From positions 145,080,001-145,144,000 of the forward strand of contig OZ024742.1 in NCBI GenBank assembly GCA_964016885.1: a DNA stretch of 64,000 nt. Reading direction: 5' to 3'. The notes under the pieces were generated by a model that saw nothing but the letters and a program-made list of their open reading frames with translations, was not told the DNA's origin and did not search any database. Both the position numbers and the translations under genes were made by a program. How positions within the stretch are numbered: the first letter of the stretch is position 1; each line of letters starts with the position of its first letter. Below, one piece after another: positions 1 to 13,977 of this stretch. The stretch is from Eledone cirrhosa. Taxonomy: Eukaryota.

Positions 1-302
1 ATAAAACTTCATGAAGCTATCGTTATAATTTCATCTTCAAGCAGTGACTGACCCTTGCTAATAGTTTATTGAAATCACCATATATGGTCTGGTTGATGTA
101 TAGACATGGTGTAATGCAAGATCAGTAGCTAAATCCTGATAAAATATTACCCTATTAGGTTGGAAAATTATTTTTGATATTCAACCTACAATAGAACCTC
201 GAAATGATCACTCAACCTGCTATTAAACCTGGCCATCTTAAAAAAGAATGAAGGACACATTAGAAAATGTAGTCCTAGATACACACAGTCTGAAAAAAAA
301 TA

Positions 303-482
303 ATTGTTTCTTCTTTTGGCACAAGGCCAGCGATTATCGCAGTGTATTACTGGTACTTTATTTTATCGACCCCGTAAGGATGAAAAGCAAAGTTAACTTC
401 AGCGGGATTTGAACTCAGACCATAAAGGGGCGTAACTCTATGCTGCAAAGACCCTCTACCGATACTGGCAATTCACTGCCCT
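303..482 (-). mobile_element. tRNA-derived SINE family A (Meta-domain-like)
   Basis: Reverse strand has an A-box-like TGGCAGTATCGG, B box GAGTTCAAATCC and central CTTTTCATCCTTACGGGGTCGATAAAATAAAGTACCAG. Flanked by TSD GTCTGA(n)TAAT. Confidence 0.85.
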
Positions 483-1235
483 GTCTGAAAAAAAATAATG
501 TTGTGATGGTTGGAACAACTGACTTAAAAATTTTTTTTTTTTTCAAGATGATGAGGTTGGGTGAAGAAATACCAAGAAATCCCAGTGGAAGGAAGCTGCA
601 GTAGAAGGAGACCAAAACAAAGAAAAACCCAAGCAGAGGTTGTGGGAGCTGATCTCAAATCTCTGAAGCTCAGAGGAAATGGCAAAGAGAGTGCAATTAG
701 GGGAATTATGCTTTGAAGAAGAAGAAGGAGGAGGAGGAGGAAGAGGTGGTGGTGGTGGTGGAAAGGAAGAGGAGGAGATTCTATGATCTAAGTAATAAAT
801 TCAAATGATTCTTTGGATTACATTTTTCAGATTTGATTACTGAACAAGCCTTTAAGTCATGACCACCTCTTACTTTTGTAGTGTGTGAAGGTAGCCTCCA
901 AGACTTGGGGCTGCCTTTACACTTTTACAACAGTTTTTTTACAGGCAGTCACAAAGTCAAATTTCCATTTTCATTTTTCAATTTCTTAGTCTCTTTTCCT
1001 TATCTTCTATGATAAGTATGGGTTCTACATAACCCTGTTCTGTAATTCTGTCAAAGTTACCTGATGAGATCGTCCTGTCTTACATCATAAATGGATAATG
1101 GAGCTGGGCCATTGAAATATGTATAGTAATTTTACGGAATTAAAATTTATAGCATATCTTCCAGCCTGGCCTTCTGTTGTCGTTTTAAATATATATATCT
1201 TGCTAACAAAACTTAATAGCAGACTCGACACATAC

Positions 1236-1333
1236 AAAAAAATAAAAAAATAAAAAAATAAAAAAATAAAAAAAATAAAAAAATAAAAAAATAAAAAAAT
1301 AAAAAAATAAAAAAAATAAAAAAAATAAAAAAT
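1236..1333. repeat. (TA7-8)n A-rich tandem repeat
   Basis: Repeating taaaaaaa units seen directly. Confidence 0.9.
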
Positions 1334-1400
1334 AGAATAGAAATTTTTGTTTCTTCCTCTTCTCACTATCTTTCTATTTCATCTTTTATTTCTCATTCTC

Positions 1401-1436
1401 TCTTCTGATGAAGGATTAGTGTCTGAGACATAAAGA
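1401..1436 (+). ncRNA. degenerate minimal hammerhead motif (PLE pLTR relic)
   Basis: tctt-CTGATGA-aggattagtgtct-GAGA-ca-TA-aaga. Stem I pairs, but GAAA is mutated to GAGA. Confidence 0.35.
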
Positions 1437-1521
1437 CACTTTTCCTAATATATCAATCATTAAACTAATATATTTCTTCATTGTACTGTGTTGTTTTCTT
1501 TGTTGTTTCAGTCTACTTTTT

Positions 1522-1571
<50 letters not shown>

Positions 1572-3369
1572 TTCAAATACTAATATCTAAGGTAATGTAA
1601 CTGGTTTTACAACAGGATAGAATAAAGTAAACTAGTCTTCTGAGTAAATGTTTCGTACAAGTCTGTATTGCATTTAAAAGTAATAAATGTAGTATTACTC
1701 TTTTATCTTCTGAACATCTCAATCAATCTTATTCTTGCTTACACATCAGTAGAACATATGTTTTGTTTTTATTGATTTTATTGGAAGGAAGCGGATGTAC
1801 CTATGACTTTTGCAGCAGGCACTATGAGGCTCATAAAATTTATGAGGTTAATATTCTTCATGAACAGTTGTAAGTTGATGGCTGCAGGAAAAACATGGGC
1901 ATGAAAAGGGATGATGTTTAGGAAATGAAAGACCGGATATTGTAGTTAATGTTTGGCTTGTAGTTGAGTAGAGTAACATAATAAGGGTGATGAGGGACAG
2001 AGAGATGAGTGAGTATAGATTGCCAGAGTGGAAGTGGTACAATAAGAGATAGTTCTAAGGAACAGAGACTACTGTTTTAATGGCAGAAAATACCGAAGAG
2101 AGATAGTATATCTGTAAGCTAGAAGCTGAAGTGTATTGGCAAATTACTTCATGCTAATCTGTCATGCAACCTTTCTTTGGATGTGGTCTAGGATGTCTGT
2201 AAGTGTAGCAGCAGTACCATCCCAGATGTATGGGAAGTAATTGTGGTTCTCATATGAGATTTATAAAGAGTTAGTAGTTGTTGGGGACTGAAATATTTTC
2301 TGACCTCAAAGAAGAAGGTCAGATTTTGAGATGCGATCCTTACTAGGAATAAAGTAAAAGTTAATTCAAAGACACAATCTTCAATTATACATCATTGCTA
2401 ATAATGTTTTTCCTTGGGGGAAGTGAAGAGTCAATTACATTGACCCCAGTACATGACTGGTACCATATTTTATCAAACTTGACTTTTGTTGGATTTGAAC
2501 TCAGAATAACTCATATTGTAGAGCATTTTGTCTGATGCCCTCACGATTCTGCAACTCCACCCCACCCTCATTACTGCTAACGACAATAATAATTTCTAAA
2601 ATAGACACAAGACCCCCCCCCCCCCCCAAAAAAAAAAATTGTTTGAGGTGGGGTGGGTGTGTTAGTCAATTAAATCAACTCAAATACTAGACAGTAATGA
2701 GGGTGGGGGTGGAGTGGCAGAATCATGAGAGCATCAGACAAAATGCTTTGCAATATTTAGCTGGCATTCTTTGCTAGCCTTCCCACTACATCTTTTATGT
2801 ACCTATAGCTTACATTTTCTACATAAGATGGAATTTCTAACTACCCCTCTTCTGCATATTGAGCAAGGCCATTTCCCTGAAGAATTCAGTGCCCTATATA
2901 TCATAAAATATATGTTCAAACAAACAGGTGGAATCCATGCAATGTATCACTCTTTTGTTCTCTCTTCCCCTGTTGTTTTTATTTGAGAAAAGTTTCTCAG
3001 CATGCGTTTTGCCCCTTATTCTCTCTCTCTCCCTTTGGCCCCTCTATAGAAGCACCTGCCAGCTCGTCTTTCCCATTTTCAAGCCCAAACACAATATCCT
3101 TCTAGACCAATCAGACAGCATTAGCATCAAAATGTCTTATCTCTGACTCTAACATTACTGCTACTACTATCAGGTACAATTGTTATGGGATCAGTCAATT
3201 ATATGGCAGGTAGACTAAAATGCTAGAGGAATTCTTCTTGGTATGAACCCTGCACATGTCTCTGGATAACCATGCAAATTTTCTTCTTTATTCCAGGCAC
3301 GGAAAGCCAACACTATTTCTGCCCCCTTTCCTAAGAATTTATTCCCTTCTTCTAGGGAACTCAAAAACT

Positions 3370-4570
3370 CCAGAGTTGCCACCGGCTGGTGAGATTGTAG
3401 AAACGTTAGAGCAAAAGGGAGTGGGTGTATGTTGTGTATGCGAGACTAAGTGGAGAGGTGCATCAGCTAGACTCCTTGTAGGCAAAGAACAACATGACAT
3501 ATTTTTCTGGATTGGTAATGACTGTAGATTGTGTGAAGTAAGTGTTTCATTAGCAGAAAAATGAGTTGATAATGTAATTCTGGTAAATAGAGTGAATGGC
3601 AGAATCATTAAACTTAAATGGAATAATTGTAACTATTGAAAGGTTGTGAGTTCAATTCTCAGACCGGGTGATGTGTTGTTTCCTTGAGCAAGACACTTTA
3701 TTTCACATTGCTCCAGTTACTCAGCTGTAGAAATGTGATGATAGGACTGCGGTCCCTATCATTCCACTGCAAAGTGGTTGTGGAGGTGCCACGGCAAAAA
3801 AGCCCCCAGCCCACACTGTAAAGTGGACGTGTAGGCGCCACAGAAAAATAAAAGCACCCAGCACTCACTGTAAATGAGGTTGGTGTTAGAAAGGGCATGC
3901 AGCTGTAGAAATCAAGCCAGAATCAGTTCCCGTCCCACCCTTGCAAGCAGGGAAAAGTGGACGTAAAATGATGATGATGATGATTATATCTACATATGCA
4001 CCACAATTTAGACTGTCAAATGAACTAAAAGCTAACTTCTACAAATACCTAATACAGAATACTTCTCAAATGAGTGATGGTGAATTCGTAATCATTAAAT
4101 ACGTTTCGCTAAAATATAGTTCTCGTTGTCAAAGGGATAAAAATAAAAAGCCCAGCAGAGGGCACAAATAAGTCACTATGGCTGCTGCTGGCAATTTGGC
4201 ATGATAGTGAGACTTGGGCTCAGTGTGCAAAAGAACTATGAAGATTGGAAAGAAATGAAGCAAATATGCTCCAATGGATGTGTAATAAAATGTGCATGAA
4301 TGATGAAGCATGAATGAACTGAGAAAGTGGGCATAAAAGGTATCAGATGCAATGAACAGAAGATGAGGACTGCAGTGGTATGGATATGTGATGTGTATGG
4401 AAGATGACAGCTATATAAAAAGGTGCAGGGCACTCGAAGTTGTTGGTAACTTGGGATGATGTGATAAAACTGACAGCACACAATTAAATCTCTCAAACGA
4501 GATGATGCAGGATTTAGTTTTCTGGCGATATGCAATACTATAGAAGACCCGCCTCCTCCAAGCATACAGG
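3370..4570 (+). mobile_element. old RTE LINE remnant (AP endonuclease and C-terminal pieces) interrupted by a SINE
   Basis: Peptide VCCVCETKWRGASARLL...FFWIGN, then after the SINE IISTYAPQ, then degenerate C-terminal sequence matching the other RTE copies. Confidence 0.75.
3635..3983 (+). mobile_element. SINE family B, 5'-truncated, with RTE-derived tail
   Basis: B box GAGTTCAATTC, CCTTGAGCAAGACACTTTATTTCAC core, RTE-like 3' region and (ATG)n tail. Confidence 0.85.
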
Positions 4571-4669
4571 ATTAAATAAATGTGGACTGGACAGTCTGCA
4601 CCAATGTCTTTCATACACCTCCCCAAATTAATACTCACCTCTTCCCCCTTCATTATCTAATCCCCTCCA

Positions 4670-4856
4670 GGGCGGTGGATTGGCAGTATCGGTAGAGGGT
4701 CGGACGCCATGCTTTCCAGCATAGTTACGTCCCTTTATGATCTGAGTTCAAATCTCGCCGAGGTTAACTTTGCCTTTCATCCTTACGGGGTCGATAACAT
4801 AAAGTACCAGTAATGTACTGGGATAATTGCTGGCCTTGTGCCTAAAGTAGAAACAA
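4670..4856 (+). mobile_element. SINE family A, full length
   Basis: Starts GGGCGGTGGATTGGCAGTATCGG, has a B box and the Meta-like core. 18-bp TSD ATTATCTAATCCCCTCCA. Confidence 0.9.
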
Positions 4857-4989
4857 TTATCTAATCCCCTCCAATTAGACCTCCACCGCTCACTTCCTCC
4901 CCACCTTGCACATCCAACAATTCCTGACATCATGAGAAGACCCTCTCCTCATCCAACTTTATCCAGCATGAAAAGGCAGCCCATACCAA

Positions 4990-5207
4990 TATGCAAAGAC
5001 TCCATGCCAACATGGAAGCCTAGATATGTTCCACCTCGTACCATGACAAAAAAACACCCAGCACACATTGTAAATGTGGTTGGCATTAGGAAGGGCATCC
5101 AGCTATAGAAAGCAATCCAGAAGCACTTCTGTGTAAGCAAGACACGGTCAATTTACCCAACATGCTAGCATGGAAAATGGACGTTAAATGATGATGATGA
5201 TGATGAT
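4990..5207 (+). mobile_element. RTE LINE 3' UTR fragment
   Basis: GGTTGGCATTAGGAAGGGCATCCAGC motif, CATGCTAGCATG hairpin and (ATG)n tail. Confidence 0.75.
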
Positions 5208-5382
5208 ATATATTGACATATATGTAACACAACAGCTATATCACCATCTTTGGTGTTGTAACATGTCAGCTGTGTATATATATATTGAACAACCAAAATT
5301 CACTGACCTTTGTTTAACCACACCTTCTGTATATAAAACACAATGTCAGTGTGCCTATGTGTCAGTCCTGTTTGCCTAATAA

Positions 5383-5596
5383 CAGTCCGCGACAACATCG
5401 CGGGTACTAATGAAACTTGTTAAAAAAATTTAACAGAGCCTCTGATGTTGCATGACACACCTAAAACTAAAGGCAAAAACTCAGTCAGAGTATGCACTTC
5501 GCAGCGAGCTCCATCAGTTTCCGGGGTGTTTAAGGCCTGGGCAATGATTGGTCAGTGGGAAAAATTCAAAAGTACCCTCGATACTGTTGTGGACTG
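5383..5596. mobile_element. MITE with ~27-bp TIRs (Tc1/mariner-like)
   Basis: CAGTCCGCGACAACATCGCGGGTACT matches the reverse complement of the right end, CAGTCCACAACAGTATCGAGGGTACT. TA follows the right end. Confidence 0.7.
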
Positions 5597-5859
5597 TAAA
5601 GAATAAATATTGTTGAATTGATTTAAACAAACCATAAGATAAAAAATAAAAAATGTTGGTACAAATTTGTGTACTTTGCTAGGAATAAGCTCTTATTTTT
5701 AGCATTTGACAATATGCAGAAGGTCATTGACAGGGTCCCATGTTCTATCTGGAAGGGGGATACTAAAGAATCTAAGAGTAGATTAATGGCTTGTTAAGGC
5801 TGCTTAAGCTATGTATGAGGGTTAGGGAGCAGTCAGCAAGGTGTGAGTCAGGAATGAAT

Positions 5860-5990
5860 ACATGTCAATGTGTGTAGCAGCAGCTTTGTTAAGATGTGGA
5901 AGCAACATTTCATAGTGAGTCTCACCTGAGCTTTGTAGAGAGTTAATAGTTTTGAGGGTGCTGCATTTAGTAGGGTTTTGAAGAAGAAGG
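5860..5990 (-). mobile_element. degenerate CR1/Jockey-group LINE RT C-terminal fragment
   Basis: PSKLLTLYKAQVRLTMKCCFHI resembles the LLxLYKxxVRPxLEYCSxIW motif. Confidence 0.45.
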
Positions 5991-6179
5991 GTATCTTTGT
6001 GATATGGCCTGTGATACAGAATACAGTTTTATATCCCTCCTTCACGCATTCTGTACCACAATGTGCAGTCTGCAGTTGTGACCATAAGTAGACCTTGGAA
6101 GCTAAGGTAGCACAATAAATGTTACATGTATAAATGATATTAATAAATAGTGCTTTTTTCTTTCCCATAGACATTTGCT

Positions 6180-6620
6180 CCATCATCATCATCATCAACG
6201 TTTAACGTCCGTGTTCCACGCTTGCATGGGTTTGGACGGGGGTTTTCCCACTTGAGGCAAGAGTGATTGTCTTGCTCGCATAGGACTGTCTGGCAGGTTT
6301 TCTACAGCTGGATGCCCTTCCTAACACCAACCACATTTACAGTGTGGGACTGGGAGGTTTTTACCGTGTTGCCTACACGGCCACATTACAGCGTGGACTG
6401 TCTGGCGGGTTTTCTACAGCTGGATGCCCTTCCTAACACCAACCACATTTACAGTGTGGGGCTGAGAGGTTTTTACCGTGTTGCCTACACGGCCACATTA
6501 CAGCATGGACTGTGTTTTTTTGTCGTGACACCTACACGATCTCATTTGTTTCGGCCTGGATGTTGTGGCACCAACATAACTTTACATTGAAGGGGGTGGT
6601 GTGGATGGGGTATGTATCCG
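6180..6620 (-). mobile_element. RTE LINE 3' UTR with an internal ~113-bp duplication
   Basis: Near-identical reverse complement of 48980-49410, with a (CAT)n tail at left. Confidence 0.9.
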
Positions 6621-6645
6621 TATTTTTGTATATATATATATATAT

Positions 6646-6840
6646 AACGAAGGAAATGTGGTAAGGAACCAGGTGGCCCATAACGCACCAAAGTACTCAA
6701 TACTTAGGGTAGTAGAGTGGGTAATAGGAACGAGTAGGACCCCGACAGCTGAGCTCAAGCCGTTTCGACGGCTAATTCTTTAGTCCAGAATTAGCCGTCG
6801 AAACGCTTGAGCTCAGCCGTCGGGGTCCTACTCGTTCCTA
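6646..6840. mobile_element. fold-back PLE-type pLTR fragment (family C) in (TA)n
   Basis: Inverted repeat 6725-6840 plus an ~80-nt one-sided tail. The same family occurs at 34856-35052 and 32266-32294. Confidence 0.7.
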
Positions 6841-6860
6841 TATATATATATATATATATA

Positions 6861-7150
6861 TTTCGTTTCTGAATTTGTTTAGCAAGATTCTTTATCTGAA
6901 AACGTGTGTTGAAACCGATATTGTTATGCTTTGGGAGTGTCATGTTGCCAATAAGAAACACACGCACCAGTTGCTTTCACTCCAATTTATTATAAATTAA
7001 ATTTATAAATTTCCGGTTGGTTGGTTGGTTCCATAACCGGACGGTTGTTCATATATTGTCAAAGTTCTCCAACCGGAAATTTATAATAAATTGGAGTGAA
7101 ATCAACTGGTGCGTGTGTTTCTTATTGGCAACATGACCCTCCCAAAGCAT

Positions 7151-7157
<7 letters not shown>
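6861..7157. mobile_element. fold-back pLTR pair of the PLE family at 31170-32245
   Basis: 6861-7068 is the reverse complement of ~32032-32245. 7069-7157 is a shorter forward copy. (TA)n on both sides. Confidence 0.85.
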
Positions 7158-7209
<52 letters not shown>

Positions 7210-9077
7210 TACATATATATACACAATATATATACACACATACGAGTGTATATAATATATATATAGTACAAGGTCATCAATAAAAAACAATGGAAAAAAA
7301 ATTAGGAAAAATGTTATAGGCTAACGCTTAGAGGTAAAGGGAATAGTTTCTAAAATGTAATCAGACTTTAGTCCTTCACCAAGAAAGAAATGTGAGTGAG
7401 GGAGAAGTCAGGAAATGTTTAGAGAATGAGGGTGAGAAGGAAAAAAAAAGACACTGCGACAGGTGAAGTGGATATGTGTCGTTGTTTTCATGCTTGCATG
7501 AAAGCATGTAGGAAGTAATGTTGGATGAGAGTGTGAATCAGTCAATAGTGTTTATATATGTTTGGTTGAGGTACATCAGCTGCATGTAGGGAGAAGGGCA
7601 CATTTGGTGTGGAAATGTAGGTGTATATTGATGTGGTAGCATGTAGCGTGTGTAGCTGCATGTGAGTGTATGATAACATATGAGTTTGTGCAGGGACCTC
7701 GTTTGTCTTTAAAATGTGAGGTGGACAAACCAACATTTATTGATTCTTAAAGGAACAAATTGCTTTTGATGCCTTTCCCGAACCCCTATCACATAAGCAA
7801 AATTTTATGCTAATTAAATTTTATATATTCAAATGAAGTTCAGATATAAAAAAAAATAAGCTTGAAAAGAATTTATTATATCAAATAAACAAAGTATGTG
7901 TGTCTAATGTCTGTGTATGTATGATAACATGAGTGTGTGTGTCTACCTATACACACACGTATGGTTTTAAAATGTGTTATCACGAACGCACAGTGAATTA
8001 TTTTTCTTGCGTCACATATTGGGAGTGTCTTCAATAAAGTGAAATAAATTCCCTTTATAGTGACATTTGTAATTACTGGTATTATAGTTACAATGTTTTC
8101 CCTAATTTCATACAAGCTAGTATGATATGCATTAAAAAATCACGCCAGTAGAAGTTAAAAAAACATACCATTTGGAAAAGTAAATGTCTATATAGTTAGA
8201 TAATTCACACTGAGTTATTTCATTTCTTAGCATTCCACGAGAATAAAATGTTGTTCACAAATAAAAAGTTTTAAAGTAAAAGTAAAGAAATGAAATTGCT
8301 AGTTTTAAGTATGAGTAATTCTGTTATTTACAGTGTAAGGAAGAGTTTGAGAAGTTCTCAGGTGTGGTGGTGGACGATCGGCTTGGAAGGTTAGGACACC
8401 TGTCAACTTCTTTATGACGTCATCCAAGTAGTTTAACAAGTAACGAATGCTACAGGTAGGCAGTCCCTGCCTTTTCTTCCTCTCTCGTTCTCCTATTCTG
8501 TTACTGTGGTCATCGTTAAAATCCAAAGACTTTTTTTCACTATTCGTTTTAAAAAAGTAATCTCAGTTGTATGATTTTTAGAAAAATACTTCCACAAGAC
8601 GATTCTTTTATTCAGGAATGGAACTTTTAGCAAAAGTAAACTGCCAGGATAAAAACCAAATCGGGTAGCGAAGCATGTGTTGATGAGTATATATATTATA
8701 TTTATACATACTCATACACATGCATCAATACATTTTAATAACTTTTAAAGTTCTCATTTAGTGAAAAGATTACACCTGTTGATTATTTTAACCTATGTGT
8801 GGTGTTCCTATATTTGTTTAGATAATCATTTTTACGGATTGTCTACTCAAATCTGCCATTTCTCTTGCCGGTATGACTTACAACTTGTGGTGAGTATCAT
8901 AGCTATTTTTTTCTGTTTTCTTTTACATATCTACGACTTCATTAACTTGTATTCATAATAATCATACTACACCATTTGTTGGGCGGCAGTAATGTCACCA
9001 CTCATCTGTCGCCATATTTTCTTTGTCATTTTTCCTTGTTTAAAAAAACATCTATCGCTTTAATTATTCCCTCTTGC

Positions 9078-9123
<46 letters not shown>

Positions 9124-12100
9124 GTATGTTTGTATATCATAATTACAACACAATAGTACACCTTTCAACAATTATCGAAACCAGACATTCGACCTCTTCT
9201 AAACTTTCTTATAAAACAAAGTGTCAGTCACGCCATCAACATCTTTTAACTCATCAATGATTCTCACTTATTATTATTATTATTTAAAAACTTCTAATTG
9301 CTTAATTTTTGCCTCAATGCAATGAACTGGTCACTAACAAGTAATTTAAACTGGCAATTTAGCCGTAGTTTTACTGCTTAATTTACTCAGTGGTAGCAGC
9401 AACAGATAGTGACAACAGGCTGTAGTTGATATAAACCATAGCGACATCTCCAGTCTTAGTATTTTCACCCCTTGACCTTTACAGTCTGTTATGTGATATG
9501 TAAATAAACCTTTTTTAGCCCCCCTTATACCCCCCTCCTCCCTTATAACCCCGAAATTAATTTCGGAAATCCTTAAAAGTACACAGAATCACGACTAAAT
9601 ATATTGATTGATCTCATTTTCACTTAAATTATGAGTTATTAAATAAAACATTTTTGTATTTTCTTGTGTTATTTTTAAAACTTTTTAAAATCTTCATTGT
9701 TATTAGTACTGTCGCTTCCTTAAGATTATGTTAGATTCTTTTACGTCACATATTTGGGAAGTAATGCGAGTTATTTTCCGCCCAATCCTTCAATCAAATA
9801 GTCAAATGAGTTCAAATCCGACCAAGGTTAACTTTGCTCTTTTTCCTTTTTTTTTCCTCGCTTTGATTATATATTTTTATGTATTATATTTATAAGGTTC
9901 CTAGCAATAATTAATTGATTATATGTATTATAATCATGTATGTACTTCTATTTAATCTTATATATTTGTTATATCAATCCGAGGTCGATAAAATTTACGG
10001 CATATCATGCACTGGGTCGATTTAATCGATTAGCCTCCTCTTCGCAGTTTTGTGGATTGTGACCAACGTTCAACCGATTAGACCAATCCACTATATTCCA
10101 GACAATCTCTGATTGAACAGCTATGGTCAAAGTCAGGACCGTCCATTGTTTTGTATATCGAGGACTTTGTTGTCCGATGTATCACACTTTTAATAAGACA
10201 ATAGGTTATAAGAGTGTGCTGAAGTTTGCTCGACGCATTGTGGAATAGTAAAAATGGTCTTTTGGGAAGCCTCTACCTTGCTGATGGATAAATCTCCGAG
10301 CAACAAGATCAGGTGGCAGTAGGAAGAATAGGGATACGAGGAGAGGAGGAAATCCATCTGCATTGTAGAGGCTTCCAAAAACGATCATTCTTGCAATAAG
10401 TTATGTTTTCTGGGAATTTGGCTGATATTTTTAACAATCTGAGCGACCGTATATAGACTTCTTTGACACTGCCAATGCAAGTAAAATGTGTCATCCATTT
10501 AAAGCGATCTATTTTTCTATCCCTTGTTACCTCTTGCGTATTGTTAGTACTTTAATATGTTTAGTTTTACACAAAAATAAATGTTATGCAAGAACCAACT
10601 TTATTCATAAAAAAATGTAAACCTTGTCCATATCTTTTTTGCAGTAACAAAAACTTCAGTTCAAATTTTCTTTATTTGAATCCATATAATTTTCATTTTT
10701 TTATACCAACCTCACTAAAAGGTTTCTTCCACATCGTTGATAGGAAAAACAAAACTTTTACATATTGAGCACAATTAGCTGTTGTTTTTTTTGGGGGGGG
10801 GGGGGGGGGGCTAACAAGAGAGGAGGATTGTTTTCCCGAGACACTAGTTTTTGTTGTTCATTTGCTTTGCCCAATACTTCTGTGTGTATTTCAATTCAGA
10901 CGTTTTGAATTACAAGTGTGTCTTAACTTTTTAAGGCATGTCGGAGAATGCTAGGATAGGAAATTTGTGTGTTTTTTTCATACACCATACTTGAACCAAT
11001 TTTATGATGTTTTTATAACGCTTTTAAAAAACTGATAATGTGTCGTAACACTTTTAGCACCTTATTCAGTGCCGTGGATCTAAAAAATTTTTTTTTTAAT
11101 TACTGTTTTAGCGAATTAGGTTTCATTATGGTTCTTCGACCAGCTAGAAGTAGCAGTCAAATCATCTTGAACTCATACCTTACCACAGTAAAAAGGAATG
11201 GTGCATTAGACAATGTAATCTGAAATAGACCGTATCCACCCACCAAAGATTGCCACGGCTAAAATGCCTTTGATTGAGCTAATGTCGACAAAAATATCAA
11301 TGTTTTTGTTCTGTCATTTATAACCCTTTATTGTAAACCATTCGCTTCAATCTTTAATCTGATGAGTTTGCTCAATGCCTTTATTGTAATTGGGAAAAGT
11401 ATCAGTGTTGCGCCTTCTCATTTTTCTCTTACCTAAGATACATTGGCTACTGGTAACTTACGAGCAGGTTTTAATGTGGGTGTTCTACGTGTGAAAAGTA
11501 AGCAACCATATTATCTTATTCAAACCACACCCGCCAGCCTTTTTTTTCTTTAAGGTGACGCATTGAATGAATAACGTAGTATACGTACCCCCTCTAAAAA
11601 CAAATAAACAAAACACATTGATCCCAAGTTGATGAAATGTCCATAGCTCACCCAGGACTAAACATCAACATGCCAAGCCATGACTAAACCCATTTTTTCC
11701 CCTAGCACATTATCCATTGAATCCTCTTTCTCTAAAATTGCAGAGAATGATTTGAAGGAAATTTCGCTGCTATTTTTAGCAGGTCAAGCCACTATGTAGA
11801 GGTTTTCTCATGGCATAATGAAATCGTGCGACAGGTATTTGCAAAGCAAATGAATTGAAGTGACTAGAATTGTCAGTCATAACTGCATTGTTGAATTGAC
11901 TCAGATTATTTCAAGTTTGATACTTGCTAAGAACCAAACTTAATAATAGTAAATCACTGATATTACTTATTCAGAAATACCATCAGGACGAAAAAGAAAA
12001 GTTAAGTTAGTGTTAACATAGTTAACGGAGAGAGCATAAAAAATCTAGTTAGAAATAATTGCGAGGAAAAGACATTAGTTCAATGACTAATATTATTTTA

Positions 12101-13339
12101 ATCCTTCAGCAAGTATGAGAGACAACTCCGAATTAGACCTCCCCACCGAAGCATAGAGTACATCATACTTCCAGAAGCATACCTGCCAACCTCTAAAAAC
12201 CCAAATGGAGAGTACCATGAAAACAAGTACCCCAAAATGGGGAGAATTTACATAATGAAAGCTATACCCATTTTCACATTAGAAGACATCTCTCACCCAC
12301 CCCGAAGTGGGTGGGAGATCTCCCCGTCCGACGTTGACTGGCCTGTGAAGTAATGATAACAGAATCACTAAGTAGATGTAGGGAGAGCGTTGTTGATCAA
12401 ATCAATGTAGTACTTGAACTAGTTATTACTTTATCGACCATAGAATTTGAAAGGCCAAGTAAATGTTGTTGGCATTTGAGTTGACAATGTAAAGCCAATG
12501 TAAATCCTTAATAATACTTTTTTAATTTAGGCCAAAGCCAGTATTTTTGGGGGGTGGGGGTGAGGCTGCAGATAAATCGACTCCAGTACTGGACTAGTAC
12601 ATTATTCTATTGACCCCAAAAGTATATAAAAAAAATTGACTTTGATTATATTTAAACAGATTGTAAAAAGCCAGGAGAAATACCACAAAGCTCTTCATCC
12701 GATGACCTAACGATTCTGCCAATAATAATAGTATGGAGCTATAATATAGTATGGAGCTATAACTCCTGGGGGAGGTGTAGGGGTGCTATACTGACATACA
12801 GCATTTCTTTGGGCATTTTTAAAAACCTGGTAGAACCCATCCCCTCTCCAGGCTTAGTGTAAATCGTCTGTACATAAAATGCATACTTGGAGGAAGAGAA
12901 CTGATAAATGTTCAAGAATGTGTCATTAACTAATTCTTTATAAATAGTAACAAAAAACAAAAGATTTTTACAATATGCCTAGAAAAAGTGAGTAAAGAGT
13001 TTGAGATGATTCTCTACAGAGGAAAGGAAAATAGTAGTTGGAAAGTCATTCCATGGCCAATTGGAGTGGTAAACATCTGAATTAAAAGCTGAAAAGATTT
13101 GCACTCCAATGTTGATCTAAAAAGGATGACTGAAACACTGCTGATCTCAGCCTAAGAGCTAGCTTTGAGTACATTTGATAACTAAAGATATATATATAAT
13201 TTTGGTGAAAGTATATATAATCTGTGTGGAAATTATTCAGAAAGTGTCTCCCACATTGAGTGTGTAAAAAAGGCTAACTCTAAAAGAAGTTAAGACAAAG
13301 TCTGTATGTACTTCCACTGGCCAATATGCATGAAATATC

Positions 13340-13770
13340 AATAGCAGGTGTCCAGTAAGTGACACTAACATGTCCCAGAACATGTCTCAGAACATGTTCT
13401 TGTTGACAGAGACAAACCCAAAACATAATTCAAACAGACCACAGGCGTGAATCCAACAGACTTGATATTGAAGTTATGCACAGAAACAGGTGTGAATGCC
13501 AGCTTATTAATGTTAACACCACAGGAAAACAAAACATAGCCTTGAAATAAATCAAAAGAAAACAATGAAATATACTGACTTGAAAATTGAGATTGTGCAA
13601 ATGTGATCAGCAACACCTAACAACATGAAGATAATTCCAGTTGTCATGAGAGTTTTCGGCTCAATACCATTAAAACAGAGATAGTATGTTCAGCAAATAG
13701 ATCTTGAAAGACAAATTGCTCTCCCACAAAACCTTGTTAGACAGACAGCACCTTTTTGAGTGCAGTGCCT
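13340..13770 (+). mobile_element. degenerate R4/Dong-like non-LTR retrotransposon fragment (restriction-like endonuclease)
   Basis: Manual translation gives IIQTDHRRESNRLDI...QLINV...KYTDLKIEI...KIIPVVMRVFGSIP, matching the IQTD..RPDI / KYxxL / IPVVIGALG motifs, with stops and frameshifts. Confidence 0.65.
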
Positions 13771-13977
13771 AACTCAACAAAGGGTAGAAGATACTGTAAT
13801 CATATTTATTGTACAAACCATCAGTTATCATAACTGTTTTAATTAAGAAGAATAGTTGAATCACTAGTCAATGAAAGAAACTATGTGGTCGCCCAACATG
13901 TTAGAAATGCCAGTCAAATCTCCTTCAAATCACACTCTACATTTAAAAAAAAAAGAAAATGCTGCATATTGTTGCTC

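Noticed and set aside
8334-8417. Possible terminal exon CKEEFEKFSGVVVDDRLGRLGHLSTSL*
   Set aside because: A plausible acceptor only. The peptide is not recognised.
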